From the NCBI GenBank assembly GCA_965205265.1, contig CBDBGH010000003.1:3776001-3840000 (forward strand): a stretch of DNA of 64,000 nucleotides, read 5' to 3'. The position numbers and the translations under genes were made by a program. The stretch's first letter is position 1; each line of letters begins with the position of its first letter. The notes below the pieces were generated by a model that made no database searches, was not told the DNA's origin, and saw only the letters and a list, made by a program, of their open reading frames with translations. This document shows positions 10,501-19,317 of this stretch, piece by piece. The stretch comes from Alphaproteobacteria bacterium. GTDB taxonomy: Bacteria; Pseudomonadota; Alphaproteobacteria; Bin95.

Positions 10501-10991
10501 CCGGACGCCGCCGTTTTACGCGGGTCCAGATTGTCTCCCTGCGCGTTCTCAAAGGCCCGTTGGACCCCGGCAAAAGGCCCAGACAGGCCAACCGAACGAG
10601 AGGGAACGACCGTCTGGTCTATTTCGTGAATGGCGAAGGGGACCGGGATATCGAAGTTGTTTCGACCCTGGACGCCAATACGCCGGGGTTCCAGGAACGA
10701 TGGCGCCGCGAGGGCGGGCGGCGGCTGTTCGTTCTGCGGAGGAACGATCTCGTGGAAATGGCGGTCGACCCGAAGGACCTAGCCTCGCCGCGCCGCCTCT
10801 ACCGCACGGTCTCGTTCTCCGGCTTGGATAATCCCGATCTCGAATTTGTGCCCGTCGAGGAGGCGCGCTCCGGCAGACCGCCGAAGCATGTAAGGATCAG
10901 CAACAAGAAGGGGTTCTCGGAACGCGCGCCGGCAATGGTGCTGTGCGACCCTACGGGCCGCGTGCGCTGGCGAGGCCCCCGCCTCAACTGA
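7539..10991 (+). CDS. cas9: type II-C Cas9 (1150 aa), catalytic motifs intact
   Basis: RuvC-I GIDVG, Arg-rich bridge helix, RuvC-II IELARD, HNH EIDHILP..N..N, RuvC-III HHLLDA; followed by cas1-cas2 with no csn2/cas4. Confidence 0.97.
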   Translation: MKVGWGIDVGVGSLGFAVIELDTANRPARLIDGVALFYPAPTGGAGRTRHKSMRTQYGRRADRVKALRAYLVRLLNLGPGFSDTPAGRSTERVPLRAKGLESRLKAGDLARAILHIAKNRGQRLTRGLRDDSKADAKQQEKSARERQSMAHTANTTKNELAALGERLGLDGPAHPSQLLMRKAGKRRTTRLKKDREGMPVFTRPMMQAELDALLETQQPYHEALTDMACEQLREMVFEEAEPKAPSIGKCRYGVRGADGEIETRLSRGSDLFQRKRIYEEVNNLRLISSRTAAERPLDMAQRDRLAFLLLDGQDLTAAGVRTALGLRRGALADMTSLDIRRKGRKTAGELKGHPLAAAMSKADALEQWRGFDEERREKIASLVRTEDDRDILNTKLKELDLPPDAIQVLSDARLPAAHSAAGATATRKLLAELEAEVIPHDKAEQRAGLESLDQEPPSLDRLPYYGEVLQGWCIGGSGAPGDADEARLGRISNPVVHVALNQLRKTANDYLKLYGKPAQICIELARDLNRSAEERDNAEKENLKNRKENEAHIESLGAHKRKLKPEDLKRMRLHRMQGGECLYTGEPICMEHLFDGSVEIDHILPYATTGDDGIPNLALVFKEANQFKRKRPPFEAFSGGYKGKDYEHILKRAKLRGGSVYWRFKEDAMKRYEDREEFQRRFLNDTRYIARMAARYLSCVCKDPDNGVVSLNGRITSDLRYLWGLHTVIRDIMVEEGRLDIGDILSPRDGETLEERQARLKRADKVRWDHRHHLLDAVVAACTTRSDVQRLQTLAARDTGNESAREILAQIRYTEPNFENIGICWQDGFRRTVKAFLEGWRPAEATDKPPATAVVVKADHDPRGQLHEATNYGLICEVPGERDKYVARDHVSISELEVKQIEKLGVPETAIRAVERAKEQGARFWWGGHDPVSSLRNNLAPDLEKMRARLLELMQEAPPEALENARTARGQQKARAEWAKKRYIVETTGRRRFTRVQIVSLRVLKGPLDPGKRPRQANRTRGNDRLVYFVNGEGDRDIEVVSTLDANTPGFQERWRREGGRRLFVLRRNDLVEMAVDPKDLASPRRLYRTVSFSGLDNPDLEFVPVEEARSGRPPKHVRISNKKGFSERAPAMVLCDPTGRVRWRGPRLN

Positions 10992-10993
10992 CG

Positions 10994-11920
10994 ATGTGGC
11001 GCGTCGTCGATATCGCCGACGAAAACCGCGTTCTCTCGCTGTCGAGGGGTAGCCTGAAGGTTTCCGGCGACGGCGGCGAATTGGGCCGGGTGCCGCTTTC
11101 GGACATCCAGTGCGTTCTCGTGCACGGCCATAGCGCGATGCTGTCCCTGTCGTTGGGCGCGGCGTTGGCCGAAGCGGGGATTCCCCTTGTACTGTGCGGC
11201 CGCAACCATGCGCCTGTGGCCTTGTCTTTGCCTGTGTCTGGCAATTTCGAGCAGGCAGCGCGGCTGACCGCTCAGGCATCCCTGTCCCTGCCCAGGCGCA
11301 AGCAGCTTTGGCGGCGGCTGGTCATGGCGAAAATCGCCTCGCAGGCGCGGGCGCTGGAGATTGTGGGACAGCCCGACCACATGCGCCTTGCAAGGCTTGC
11401 GAGGTCGGTGCGATCCGGCGACCCGGACAATGTGGAAGCCCGCGCCGCGCGTTTCTACTGGCGGCGGTTGATGGGTAGCGATTTCCGGCGCGACCCCAAT
11501 GGCAACGGTCTCAACGCCCATTTGAACTACGGCTATGCGGTCGTTCGCTCCGCCATGGCCCGCGCCGTGGTCGGAGCGGGCCTGGCGCCCGGGCTGGGTT
11601 TGCATCACCGCAGCCGCCTGAACGCCTTCCAACTGGTGGACGACCTGATGGAGCCGTTCCGACCTCTCGTGGACCACGTAGTCTGGCGCAACCGGGAACA
11701 CTGGACCGGGGAAGTGGACACGGCGGCCAAACGGGAATTGGCGCTGGTCGTCAACGGCGCAATGGCGACGTCGGCGGGAGCGCACACCGTCTCGCGCGTC
11801 ATGTCGATGCTGGCCCACTCCCTGGCGGAGCTTTGCACGGGAGAGGCGGCGGATTTGTCATGGCCGCTCGACTGGGGTCTTGTGGCGCAAACCGAACTCG
11901 ACTTTGCCGACCGCCCGTGA
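10994..11920 (+). CDS. cas1: type II Cas1
   Basis: MWRVVDI start, NVEARAARFYW, NAHLNYGYAVVR, GLHH, LVDDLMEPFRP. Confidence 0.97.
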   Translation: MWRVVDIADENRVLSLSRGSLKVSGDGGELGRVPLSDIQCVLVHGHSAMLSLSLGAALAEAGIPLVLCGRNHAPVALSLPVSGNFEQAARLTAQASLSLPRRKQLWRRLVMAKIASQARALEIVGQPDHMRLARLARSVRSGDPDNVEARAARFYWRRLMGSDFRRDPNGNGLNAHLNYGYAVVRSAMARAVVGAGLAPGLGLHHRSRLNAFQLVDDLMEPFRPLVDHVVWRNREHWTGEVDTAAKRELALVVNGAMATSAGAHTVSRVMSMLAHSLAELCTGEAADLSWPLDWGLVAQTELDFADRP

Positions 11921-11966
11921 GCGCAGGCTGGTCCGACAGCGCTTTCGCGGCCGGGCCGGCCTTTGG

Positions 11967-12299
11967 ATGGAGGCCGTTTCCGGTTACAGGGCGATGTGGC
12001 TTGTGGTGTGTTTCGACCTGCCCGTAGGAACGTCGAAAGAGCGGCGCGACGCGACCCGCTTTCGTCACCGCCTGCTGAACGAAGGATTCGCGATGAAGCA
12101 ATGGTCGGTCTATACTCGCTACTTCCTCACACGGGCCCAAGCGGACGCCGCCGCCGTCCGGGTCGGCGGCTTCGTGCCGCCCATGGGGAAGGTCTCGATC
12201 ATTTTCATCACCGACAAGCAATTCGGCATGGTGCGCAATTTCGAGGGCCGGGCTCCCGCCGAAACGGAGAAAAAGCCCGACCAATTGGCCCTGTTCTGA
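11967..12299 (+). CDS. cas2: Cas2
   Basis: MWLVVCFDLPV, QWSVY, ITDKQF, C-terminal QLALF. Confidence 0.96.
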   Translation: MEAVSGYRAMWLVVCFDLPVGTSKERRDATRFRHRLLNEGFAMKQWSVYTRYFLTRAQADAAAVRVGGFVPPMGKVSIIFITDKQFGMVRNFEGRAPAETEKKPDQLALF

Positions 12300-12332
12300 T
12301 AGCCCCGGCTGCGAATCCTGTGCCAAGAATCG

Positions 12333-12363
12333 GCCCAACCCGTTGATTTTCAACGGGTTGGGC
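12333..12363. terminator. 14-bp perfect hairpin between cas2 and the array (likely terminator for convergent transcripts)
   Basis: GCCCAACCCGTTGA-TTT-TCAACGGGTTGGGC. Confidence 0.65.
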
Positions 12364-12370
12364 ACGGAGT

Positions 12371-14310
12371 ACTGTAGCCAATGCTGTTTCGGAGAGCAAC
12401 TACAGCCTCACACAGGCTTCCCAGTGCAGTTAGTCCACTGTAGCCAATGCTGTTTCGGAGAGCAACTACAGCAGGGACATTGCCAAGCTGTTCGGCATAG
12501 CGACTGTAGCCAATGCTGTTTCGGAGAGCAACTACAGCCACGGCAATGCGCGTATCCGTGGACGTGCGACTGTAGCCAATGCTGTTTCGGAGAGCAACTA
12601 CAGCTCGTAGTAGTAGCAGTTCATTGACTTTCCTACTGTAGCCAATGCTGTTTCGGAGAGCAACTACAGCGGGGGTGCATTGGGGTCTACCCTCATCTTT
12701 ACTGTAGCCAATGCTGTTTCGGAGAGCAACTACAGCCCCTGGAGAAGGCGACCGGGTCATCTTCACACTGTAGCCAATGCTGTTTCGGAGAGCAACTACA
12801 GCAAAGCCTACGTAAGCGCCGTTGATGACGGCACTGTAGCCAATGCTGTTTCGGAGAGCAACTACAGCTACGGCAATGCGTTTGTCCACGACGATGCGAC
12901 TGTAGCCAATGCTGTTTCGGAGAGCAACTACAGCTAACGCACGCGTCTACGGATGTGCGCGGGTACTGTAGCCAATGCTGTTTCGGAGAGCAACTACAGC
13001 GCGATGAGCCGGGACCTTGCCGCGACCATCACTGTAGCCAATGCTGTTTCGGAGAGCAACTACAGCGCGTACCATGTGTCAGGATATGCCGGTGCGACTG
13101 TAGCCAATGCTGTTTCGGAGAGCAACTACAGCGCTGTTCCTTCCTTCGAGCAGATTGTCGACACTGTAGCCAATGCTGTTTCGGAGAGCAACTACAGCGA
13201 ACTCACTACCAAGCCCGCGGCGTCGATGACTGTAGCCAATGCTGTTTCGGAGAGCAACTACAGCATATACCGGACCGCCACGCTGGTCGAGATAACTGTA
13301 GCCAATGCTGTTTCGGAGAGCAACTACAGCATAGCGGCGTACGAGGTTGCGGGAGGCCTGACTGTAGCCAATGCTGTTTCGGAGAGCAACTACAGCTACG
13401 GTACGGCGCACGTCTACGGCCAGGCGACTGTAGCCAATGCTGTTTCGGAGAGCAACTACAGCCGTCAAAGGTCCCGCGCCCGGAAGCTTCGGACTGTAGC
13501 CAATGCTGTTTCGGAGAGCAACTACAGCCTACCGCCGACATAGGCATCGCCACCGGGAACTGTAGCCAATGCTGTTTCGGAGAGCAACTACAGCACGCCT
13601 ACAGTCGGCGCACCCTCGGCCGGCACTGTAGCCAATGCTGTTTCGGAGAGCAACTACAGCCCGAATGCCGCCGATGTCCGCCGGTGGTGGACTGTAGCCA
13701 ATGCTGTTTCGGAGAGCAACTCCGCCGATGTCCGCCGGTGGTGTAGCCAATGCTGTTTCGGAGGCAACTACAGCATACGAACCACTCGCCGCTCTCGCCG
13801 CAATCGGAGAGCAACTACAGCCATCCTGGCGGATGCACCGCCAACGAGCAATGCGCAACTACAGCTCAGCCATTGCACTGTAGCCAATGCTGTTTCGGAG
13901 AGCAACTACAGCGCGTTGCGCCTCTCGGCCAAGCTCGCCGAGACTGTAGCCAATGCTGTTTCGGAGAGCAACTACAGCATCGGGACTGTCGCGCTATGCG
14001 CTGGAACTGCACTGTAGCCAATGCTGTTTCGGAGAGCAACTACAGCGAGATCCGCTCAAGGGCGCGCTTGTCATGAACTGTAGCCAATGCTGTTTCGGAG
14101 AGCAACTACAGCCTAACCGTATGTCTCAATGCCGCATTCGGTACTGTAGCCAATGCTGTTTCGGAGAGCAACTACAGCATAAGCGCACCCGACGATGTCG
14201 AACGTCTCACTGTAGCCAATGCTGTTTCGGAGAGCAACTACAGCGCGGGCTCTGGTGCGGCGCGGCTTCGCGCGACTGTAGCCAATGCTGTTTCGGAGAG
14301 CAACTACAGC
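12371..14310 (-). CRISPR. type II-C CRISPR array: 27 perfect 36-bp repeats plus 4 partial ones; spacers mostly 30 bp
   Basis: Repeat GCTGTAGTTGCTCTCCGAAACAGCATTGGCTACAGT (minus strand), 66-bp period; disturbed block 13691-13876; orientation inferred from tracrRNA pairing and type II-C convention. Confidence 0.99.
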
Positions 14311-14415
14311 TATTACGGCTCGGCGAGCGCGTGCTGGTACTGTTCCAGGAAATGACCTTCATCGTGCTTCGCGCCTCGGGACAAGCGACCGCAAAGGAGC
14401 TGCCGTCCGCACACA

Positions 14416-17367
14416 TTACATCCCGAGGTCCATCTCGATCCGCTTGCCCGTGGCGGGCGGTTCGGGCTCCGGCGCCTTGTCCCTTGCCGGAAACGGCTCG
14501 ATATCCCGCACCGGGGGGTGCGGCGACGACGTCTCGGCACTCACCCGCTCTCTGTCGAGCGACGCCTTCCCGTCCTTTTCCCGCCCGCGTTCGCGTTCCG
14601 GGCGGAGGCTCTCGCCGATGCCTTCGAGGGCCGAGAGGCGCTCGCCGGTGACCGCTTCCAGCCGTTCCTTCAGCGCCTGGGCGTCGTCGGTGACCAGTTC
14701 CGCCCGGTCGCGGGCGCGGGATATCTCGACATAGAACGCCTTGGCGGTGGTCAGGTTGGGGTGGTTCGCCTCCATCGCCGCGATCACGTTGTCGACGGTG
14801 CGGCCCTGGAATGCATGCACGGTCGCGGCCCAGGCATGATCCAGATGGCGCAGCTGGGGATCGCCCGGGGTCAGGGTGAGCCTGCGCCCCTCCTCCAGCA
14901 GGAACGTCACCCGCCCGTTGCGCACGCCGATCACCTCGGCTGTGCCGGAGTTGACCAGTCCCAATCCTCTGTCGTTGCGGGTCCAGCGGATGCGGTCGCC
15001 GGCGCGCAGTTCGACGGTTTCGGCGCGGTAGACCTCGGTCCCGCCCTTGCGTCCGCCGATCTCCGACGGCTTCCAGGCGACCCGGCCGCCGTGGCCGTCG
15101 TCCAGCAGCACCGCGCGGGCCTTGCGATCGACGCCCATGACGCAGCGCTCGTCGCCCTTCTCCACGCCGAGCCGCCTGTAGGGACGGTGGAAGGCGACCA
15201 CGTCGCCGGGGGCATAGTTGGAGGCGAGCGCCTTCTCCGCGTGCGTGTAGTCCTTCGAGACCAGCCGCCGGGTTTGCAGGACCGGCCCCGCGATGCGCCC
15301 CTCGCGGGCGAGGCGTTCGCGGATATGGGCGTTGATGCCCTCGCGCAACTCATGGCTCGGCGCCATCACCCCGGTGCGCTCCCGCTCTTCGGGCGAGAGC
15401 GCGAGCCACCGTGCCGCCACCGCGCCGGCGATGTTGTCGGGCTTCACCTCGGCGACATGGGAGCCGAGCCTGTCGAACGCCGTGGCGATCTCGCCCGCGA
15501 GGCTCGCCTCGACGGCGGCCTTCAGGCCGGGGTCGCGCTGGCGCAGGATCTCGTCCATCACCGCGGTCTTCATGCCCGCCTGCTGCAACTGGGCGAACGG
15601 TTTGCCGGCATCGACGGCGTCGAGCTGCTTCGCATCGCCCACCAGCACCAGCTTCGGGATGCGGATGGCGGCGGCGATCCTGAGCAGGTCGCGGGCCTGG
15701 ACGGTGGAAGCGAGGGAGCCCTCGTCGACCACCAGCACGGTCCTCGCGAAGGCCGCGCGCATGTCCTTCGCGCCCTTCTTCGTCAGCCTGCCCTCGGCGA
15801 CGCCGGCGTTCCTCGCGAGGAACCGCTGGAGGGTCTCGCTCTCGATGCCCGATTCCGCCGCCAGCGTGCGGACCGCCGAGGCCGACGGGGCGAGGCCCGC
15901 CATGCGCCAGCCCTTCTTCTCCGCCAGCGCCCGGGCGCGGTTCAGCATCCGCGTCTTCCCCGTCCCGGCGAACCCCTGCACCCCGACCGTGTGGTCCTTC
16001 TCCGAGAGAATGAGCTTCACCGCCTCCCGCTGCCCGGCCGTGAGCGGTCCCTTCCTGAGATGCCGGTCCACCCTCCAGCCGCGCATCGGCGCACGGCCCC
16101 GGCCCGCGCCGCCGCGCATCAGCGCGATCGTCTCGCGCTCGTCGGCCACCGCCCTGTCGGTGGTGAGGCCGCCGCCTTGCTCAAACGCCGGCGCGTCGTG
16201 CAGCCGGCCCTCGCGCCGGAGCCCGGCGACGGCCCGCTCGATCTCGCCGATGGAGGCCACGCCGGGGTTGTACGCAAGCGCGGCCGCGAGCAGGTCGGTC
16301 CTGGCGAACACCGCATCGCGCTCCGAGAGATGGGCCAGCGCCCAGTCCACCGCTTCCCTCGCAGGGTCCGCCCGCGCCGCGTGCTCGAACAGGTCCGCAT
16401 CTCTCGCCGCGCCGGCTTCCTTCTCCGCACCGCCCAGGCTCCGCGCCGCCGCCTCGGCCACCAGCGCCCCGGCGTCGAAGCCGAGTTCGGCGGCCTGCTT
16501 GGCCCAGGTCTCGCGCAGCGCCTCCCGGTCCACATCGCGCTTCGCCGCCCGCGTCATCAGCGCCGCGCGGCGGGCGGCATGCTGGTTCTCCGCCGTCGAC
16601 CCGAAGCCCCGGCCCGCCATCGCCGCCTCGATCTCGGCCCGGCGCGTCGAGAACGCTTCGATGACCTCGCGGGAAACGCCCGCGATCTCGAAGCGCCCGT
16701 CGGCATGGGTCCGCTCGATGCCGTAGCCGAGCGATGTCAGTTCCCTCGCAAGCTCGCTGCGGTAGAGCGCGCCCAGCAGCATCTTCGAGGCGTACAGGCT
16801 CTCGTTCGCCATGGTGCGCCATTTCCCGTCCGGGCCGAGCAGCATGTTGGCGATCACCGAATGGGTGTGCAGCGCCGGATCGAGGTTCCGGGAAGTCTCG
16901 TGCCTGAACCGGGCGACCACCGTCCTCTGATCGCCGGCCCGGACCATGCGGCCGGTCGACCTGTCCTGCACCCGGGTCTCGGCGGCGTTGCTCTCGAACC
17001 GGTCGAGCGCGCGCCCGACCGCCCGGTCGTGGGCATCCACGATGCGCCCGTCGCCGCCGACCAGAGCCGCGAGGGAGACACTCTTCGGCGCGCTGAAGGT
17101 CAGGTCGCGGCCGGGCCGGTGGACGATCCCGTCCTCGCCCATGCGGCGGCCGAGACGCTTCCCCGAGCCGTCCGGCACCTCACCCTCCAGCACCGCCCTG
17201 AACGCATCGGGATCGACCGGACCGGACAGGCCGAGCGCTTCGGCGCCCCGGCCCGCCCAGGCGCTGGCGGCGCGATGTTCGAGGGAGTCCTTCGCGTAGT
17301 AGCCATCGGCCTCGTAGTAGTGCGCCCCCTGGGACGGGCTCGCGACCGCGCCGATCGAGGCAACCAT
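14416..17367 (-). CDS. MOBF (TrwC-like) conjugative relaxase-helicase, 983 aa
   Basis: N-terminal YY..DGYY tyrosines, DLTFSAPKSVS, HETSRNLDPALHTH 3H motif, Walker A GFAGTGKT, VVDEGS. Confidence 0.96.
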   Translation of the reverse strand: MVASIGAVASPSQGAHYYEADGYYAKDSLEHRAASAWAGRGAEALGLSGPVDPDAFRAVLEGEVPDGSGKRLGRRMGEDGIVHRPGRDLTFSAPKSVSLAALVGGDGRIVDAHDRAVGRALDRFESNAAETRVQDRSTGRMVRAGDQRTVVARFRHETSRNLDPALHTHSVIANMLLGPDGKWRTMANESLYASKMLLGALYRSELARELTSLGYGIERTHADGRFEIAGVSREVIEAFSTRRAEIEAAMAGRGFGSTAENQHAARRAALMTRAAKRDVDREALRETWAKQAAELGFDAGALVAEAAARSLGGAEKEAGAARDADLFEHAARADPAREAVDWALAHLSERDAVFARTDLLAAALAYNPGVASIGEIERAVAGLRREGRLHDAPAFEQGGGLTTDRAVADERETIALMRGGAGRGRAPMRGWRVDRHLRKGPLTAGQREAVKLILSEKDHTVGVQGFAGTGKTRMLNRARALAEKKGWRMAGLAPSASAVRTLAAESGIESETLQRFLARNAGVAEGRLTKKGAKDMRAAFARTVLVVDEGSLASTVQARDLLRIAAAIRIPKLVLVGDAKQLDAVDAGKPFAQLQQAGMKTAVMDEILRQRDPGLKAAVEASLAGEIATAFDRLGSHVAEVKPDNIAGAVAARWLALSPEERERTGVMAPSHELREGINAHIRERLAREGRIAGPVLQTRRLVSKDYTHAEKALASNYAPGDVVAFHRPYRRLGVEKGDERCVMGVDRKARAVLLDDGHGGRVAWKPSEIGGRKGGTEVYRAETVELRAGDRIRWTRNDRGLGLVNSGTAEVIGVRNGRVTFLLEEGRRLTLTPGDPQLRHLDHAWAATVHAFQGRTVDNVIAAMEANHPNLTTAKAFYVEISRARDRAELVTDDAQALKERLEAVTGERLSALEGIGESLRPERERGREKDGKASLDRERVSAETSSPHPPVRDIEPFPARDKAPEPEPPATGKRIEMDLGM

Positions 17368-18098
17368 CAGACCCAGCGCCCGTAGTCGCGCTGGCGACTC
17401 CGGCGCGCATGGCGCGCGGGCTCCGCGTCGGGTTCCGCCCTATTGTCCTTGTCGGAGCCGGGCCCGCTTCGCCTCGTGCCCGCAGGTTCGGCACCCTGAG
17501 AGTCAGGAGGTTCGGGTACGGCCGTGCGATCCGGCGCGGCAGTCGCTGAACACGGTGAAAATCCGGGTCTCGCCGCAACCGGCGTGAACACCGAACTCGT
17601 CGGTGCCGATGCTAACCGGTCCGGCGCATCGCTCCGCGGATCGGGCACCGGCTCGTATGCGGGACGCCGGCCCCGGCGCTCGCACATGGACGGCCAGGCC
17701 AGCACGAGGCACAGCAGCGCGCCGCCGAACCCGGAAAGCGCGCCCAGCATCGCCCCCTTCCAGGCCGCCTCCAGAATGTCCTTCCGCGCCCAGCGCGCCT
17801 CGAAACCATGGGTCAGGCCGAAACGGCTCAGGGACTCGACCGCGCCGTCCGCGTTGCGGTACTCGACCGGCGTATCCCCGTCGAAGCCGACGCCGATCAG
17901 GATGTCGGCGACCGTGATCCTGTATGCCGCATACCAGTCATGCCCGCTGGTGTCGCGCGCGAGCGCGGCCGCGCAGGCGAGGAGCGCCATCGAGACCGCG
18001 CCCAGGGTCCCCGCGACGAACCCCTGCCGCCACAGCCCGGGGTCGATGACGGACCTCCATCCGGTGCGTGAGCGACGATGGGTGCGGCTTCCCGGCAA
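17367..18098 (-). CDS. membrane protein resembling the N-terminus of a type IV coupling protein, no ATPase domain
   Basis: Two hydrophobic segments; stop overlaps relaxase start (TGATG), the usual trwB-trwC position; no Walker motif; start uncertain. Confidence 0.5.
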   Translation of the reverse strand: MPGSRTHRRSRTGWRSVIDPGLWRQGFVAGTLGAVSMALLACAAALARDTSGHDWYAAYRITVADILIGVGFDGDTPVEYRNADGAVESLSRFGLTHGFEARWARKDILEAAWKGAMLGALSGFGGALLCLVLAWPSMCERRGRRPAYEPVPDPRSDAPDRLASAPTSSVFTPVAARPGFSPCSATAAPDRTAVPEPPDSQGAEPAGTRRSGPGSDKDNRAEPDAEPARHARRSRQRDYGRWV

Positions 18099-18487
18099 TA
18101 CGCTCTCCTCGATACGGCATTAGCGGAACCCGTCGGCGCCCCGGGAAGACCAAACGATCGCAGTCGCCCCGGTGAGCCATCGGCATTCCGGCGGCTTCCC
18201 GACAAGAACCTAAGGTGAAATCATGCACACCGCAACATCAATAATGTAGTGAATTCAACAGGTTGAAGACAGGCATGCGCTGACGTGCGCTGATGTGCGC
18301 GTGACTGTGACAGCGGCAGCAGCCCGTTCCGCAAGATCAGCCGGACCGCGGACGAAATCCGCAGCATCGGCGTGTCTCCCAAGCCGGAACCGCAAGTCTT
18401 TGAGTCTTTGACCTGCGCTTCCCGATAGCATAATTTGATTGTCGGGTGGCCCGTTTCTCGGTTCCCGACTGAACAGGAGCCGCCGCC

Positions 18488-18745
18488 ATGGGCAGCAGCA
18501 TCACCGTCCGCGACATCGATCCCGGGGACAAGTCCTGGCTCCGGCGCGAGGCCCGGCAGGTCGGCGTGTCGATGGAAGAGCTGGTCCGTCGCCTGATCCA
18601 CGAGAAGCGCGCGAAGACCGAGCGGCGGCCGAAGCCATCCGAGGCCTTCGCGCGTCATTTCGGGGAAGAGCACGGCGTCGAGCTTCCCGCCCCGGTCCGT
18701 TGCGGCTACAAACCGCTGTCGTTCTCCGGCGAGGGCGAAGAATGA
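18488..18745 (+). CDS. FitA-like RHH antitoxin
   Basis: SITVRDID...SMEELVRRLI; AGGAG RBS; overlaps the PIN toxin gene. Confidence 0.85.
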   Translation: MGSSITVRDIDPGDKSWLRREARQVGVSMEELVRRLIHEKRAKTERRPKPSEAFARHFGEEHGVELPAPVRCGYKPLSFSGEGEE

Positions 18746-19191
18746 CCGCCCCGCTCGCGTGGCTGATAGACACGAACGTCGTCTCCGAGATGATGCGCCC
18801 GAGGCCCGAGCCTCGGGTCGCGACCTATCTCGACTCGATTGCAGAGGAAGGTCTCGGGCTCGCGTCAATCACCGTCTGGGAAGTTCTCGATGGCATCGGC
18901 CGACTCGATCCGGGCCGACGCCGGCGCGGTCTCGCCGACCGGTTCCAGGATCTTCTGGACGAGTTGTTCGAGGACCGGATCGTCGAATGGACCCTCGCTG
19001 ATGCGCGGACATGCGCGCGGATCATGGAAGACAAGCGCAGGCGCGGCGAGCCGCTCGACGATCACGTGCCCGACGCCTTACTCGCCGCCGCCGCGGCCAC
19101 GCGCGGGCTTGCCGTGGTCACGCGGAACACCGGCGAGTTCCGCAACACCGGTGTCGAAACCGTCGATCCCTGGGCTGAGGCCCGCACCTGA
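18742..19191 (+). CDS. FitB/VapC-like PIN-domain toxin
   Basis: LIDTNVVSE, DALLAAAA, VVTRNTGEF. Confidence 0.92.
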   Translation: MTAPLAWLIDTNVVSEMMRPRPEPRVATYLDSIAEEGLGLASITVWEVLDGIGRLDPGRRRRGLADRFQDLLDELFEDRIVEWTLADARTCARIMEDKRRRGEPLDDHVPDALLAAAAATRGLAVVTRNTGEFRNTGVETVDPWAEART

Positions 19192-19317
19192 CATGCCACA
19201 CCCTTGCCCGACCCTGTGGCCCATGCCCAACGGCCTTCGTCCGCAATCAGCGGGCGGGCGGTCTCCGAACCGGCATGCACATTCCGCGCTTCACTTTTGT
19301 CGGTTCGGGTTTCCGCG

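Noticed and set aside
7539-10991. Nuclease-dead or transposon-associated (CAST/IscB-like) Cas9
   Set aside because: RuvC and HNH catalytic residues are present, cas1/cas2 are intact and no Tn7-like genes are seen
12343-14416. ORFs with repeating TVANAVSESNYS / CSQCCFGEQLQ units
   Set aside because: Translations of CRISPR repeats; the 66-bp period keeps frames open
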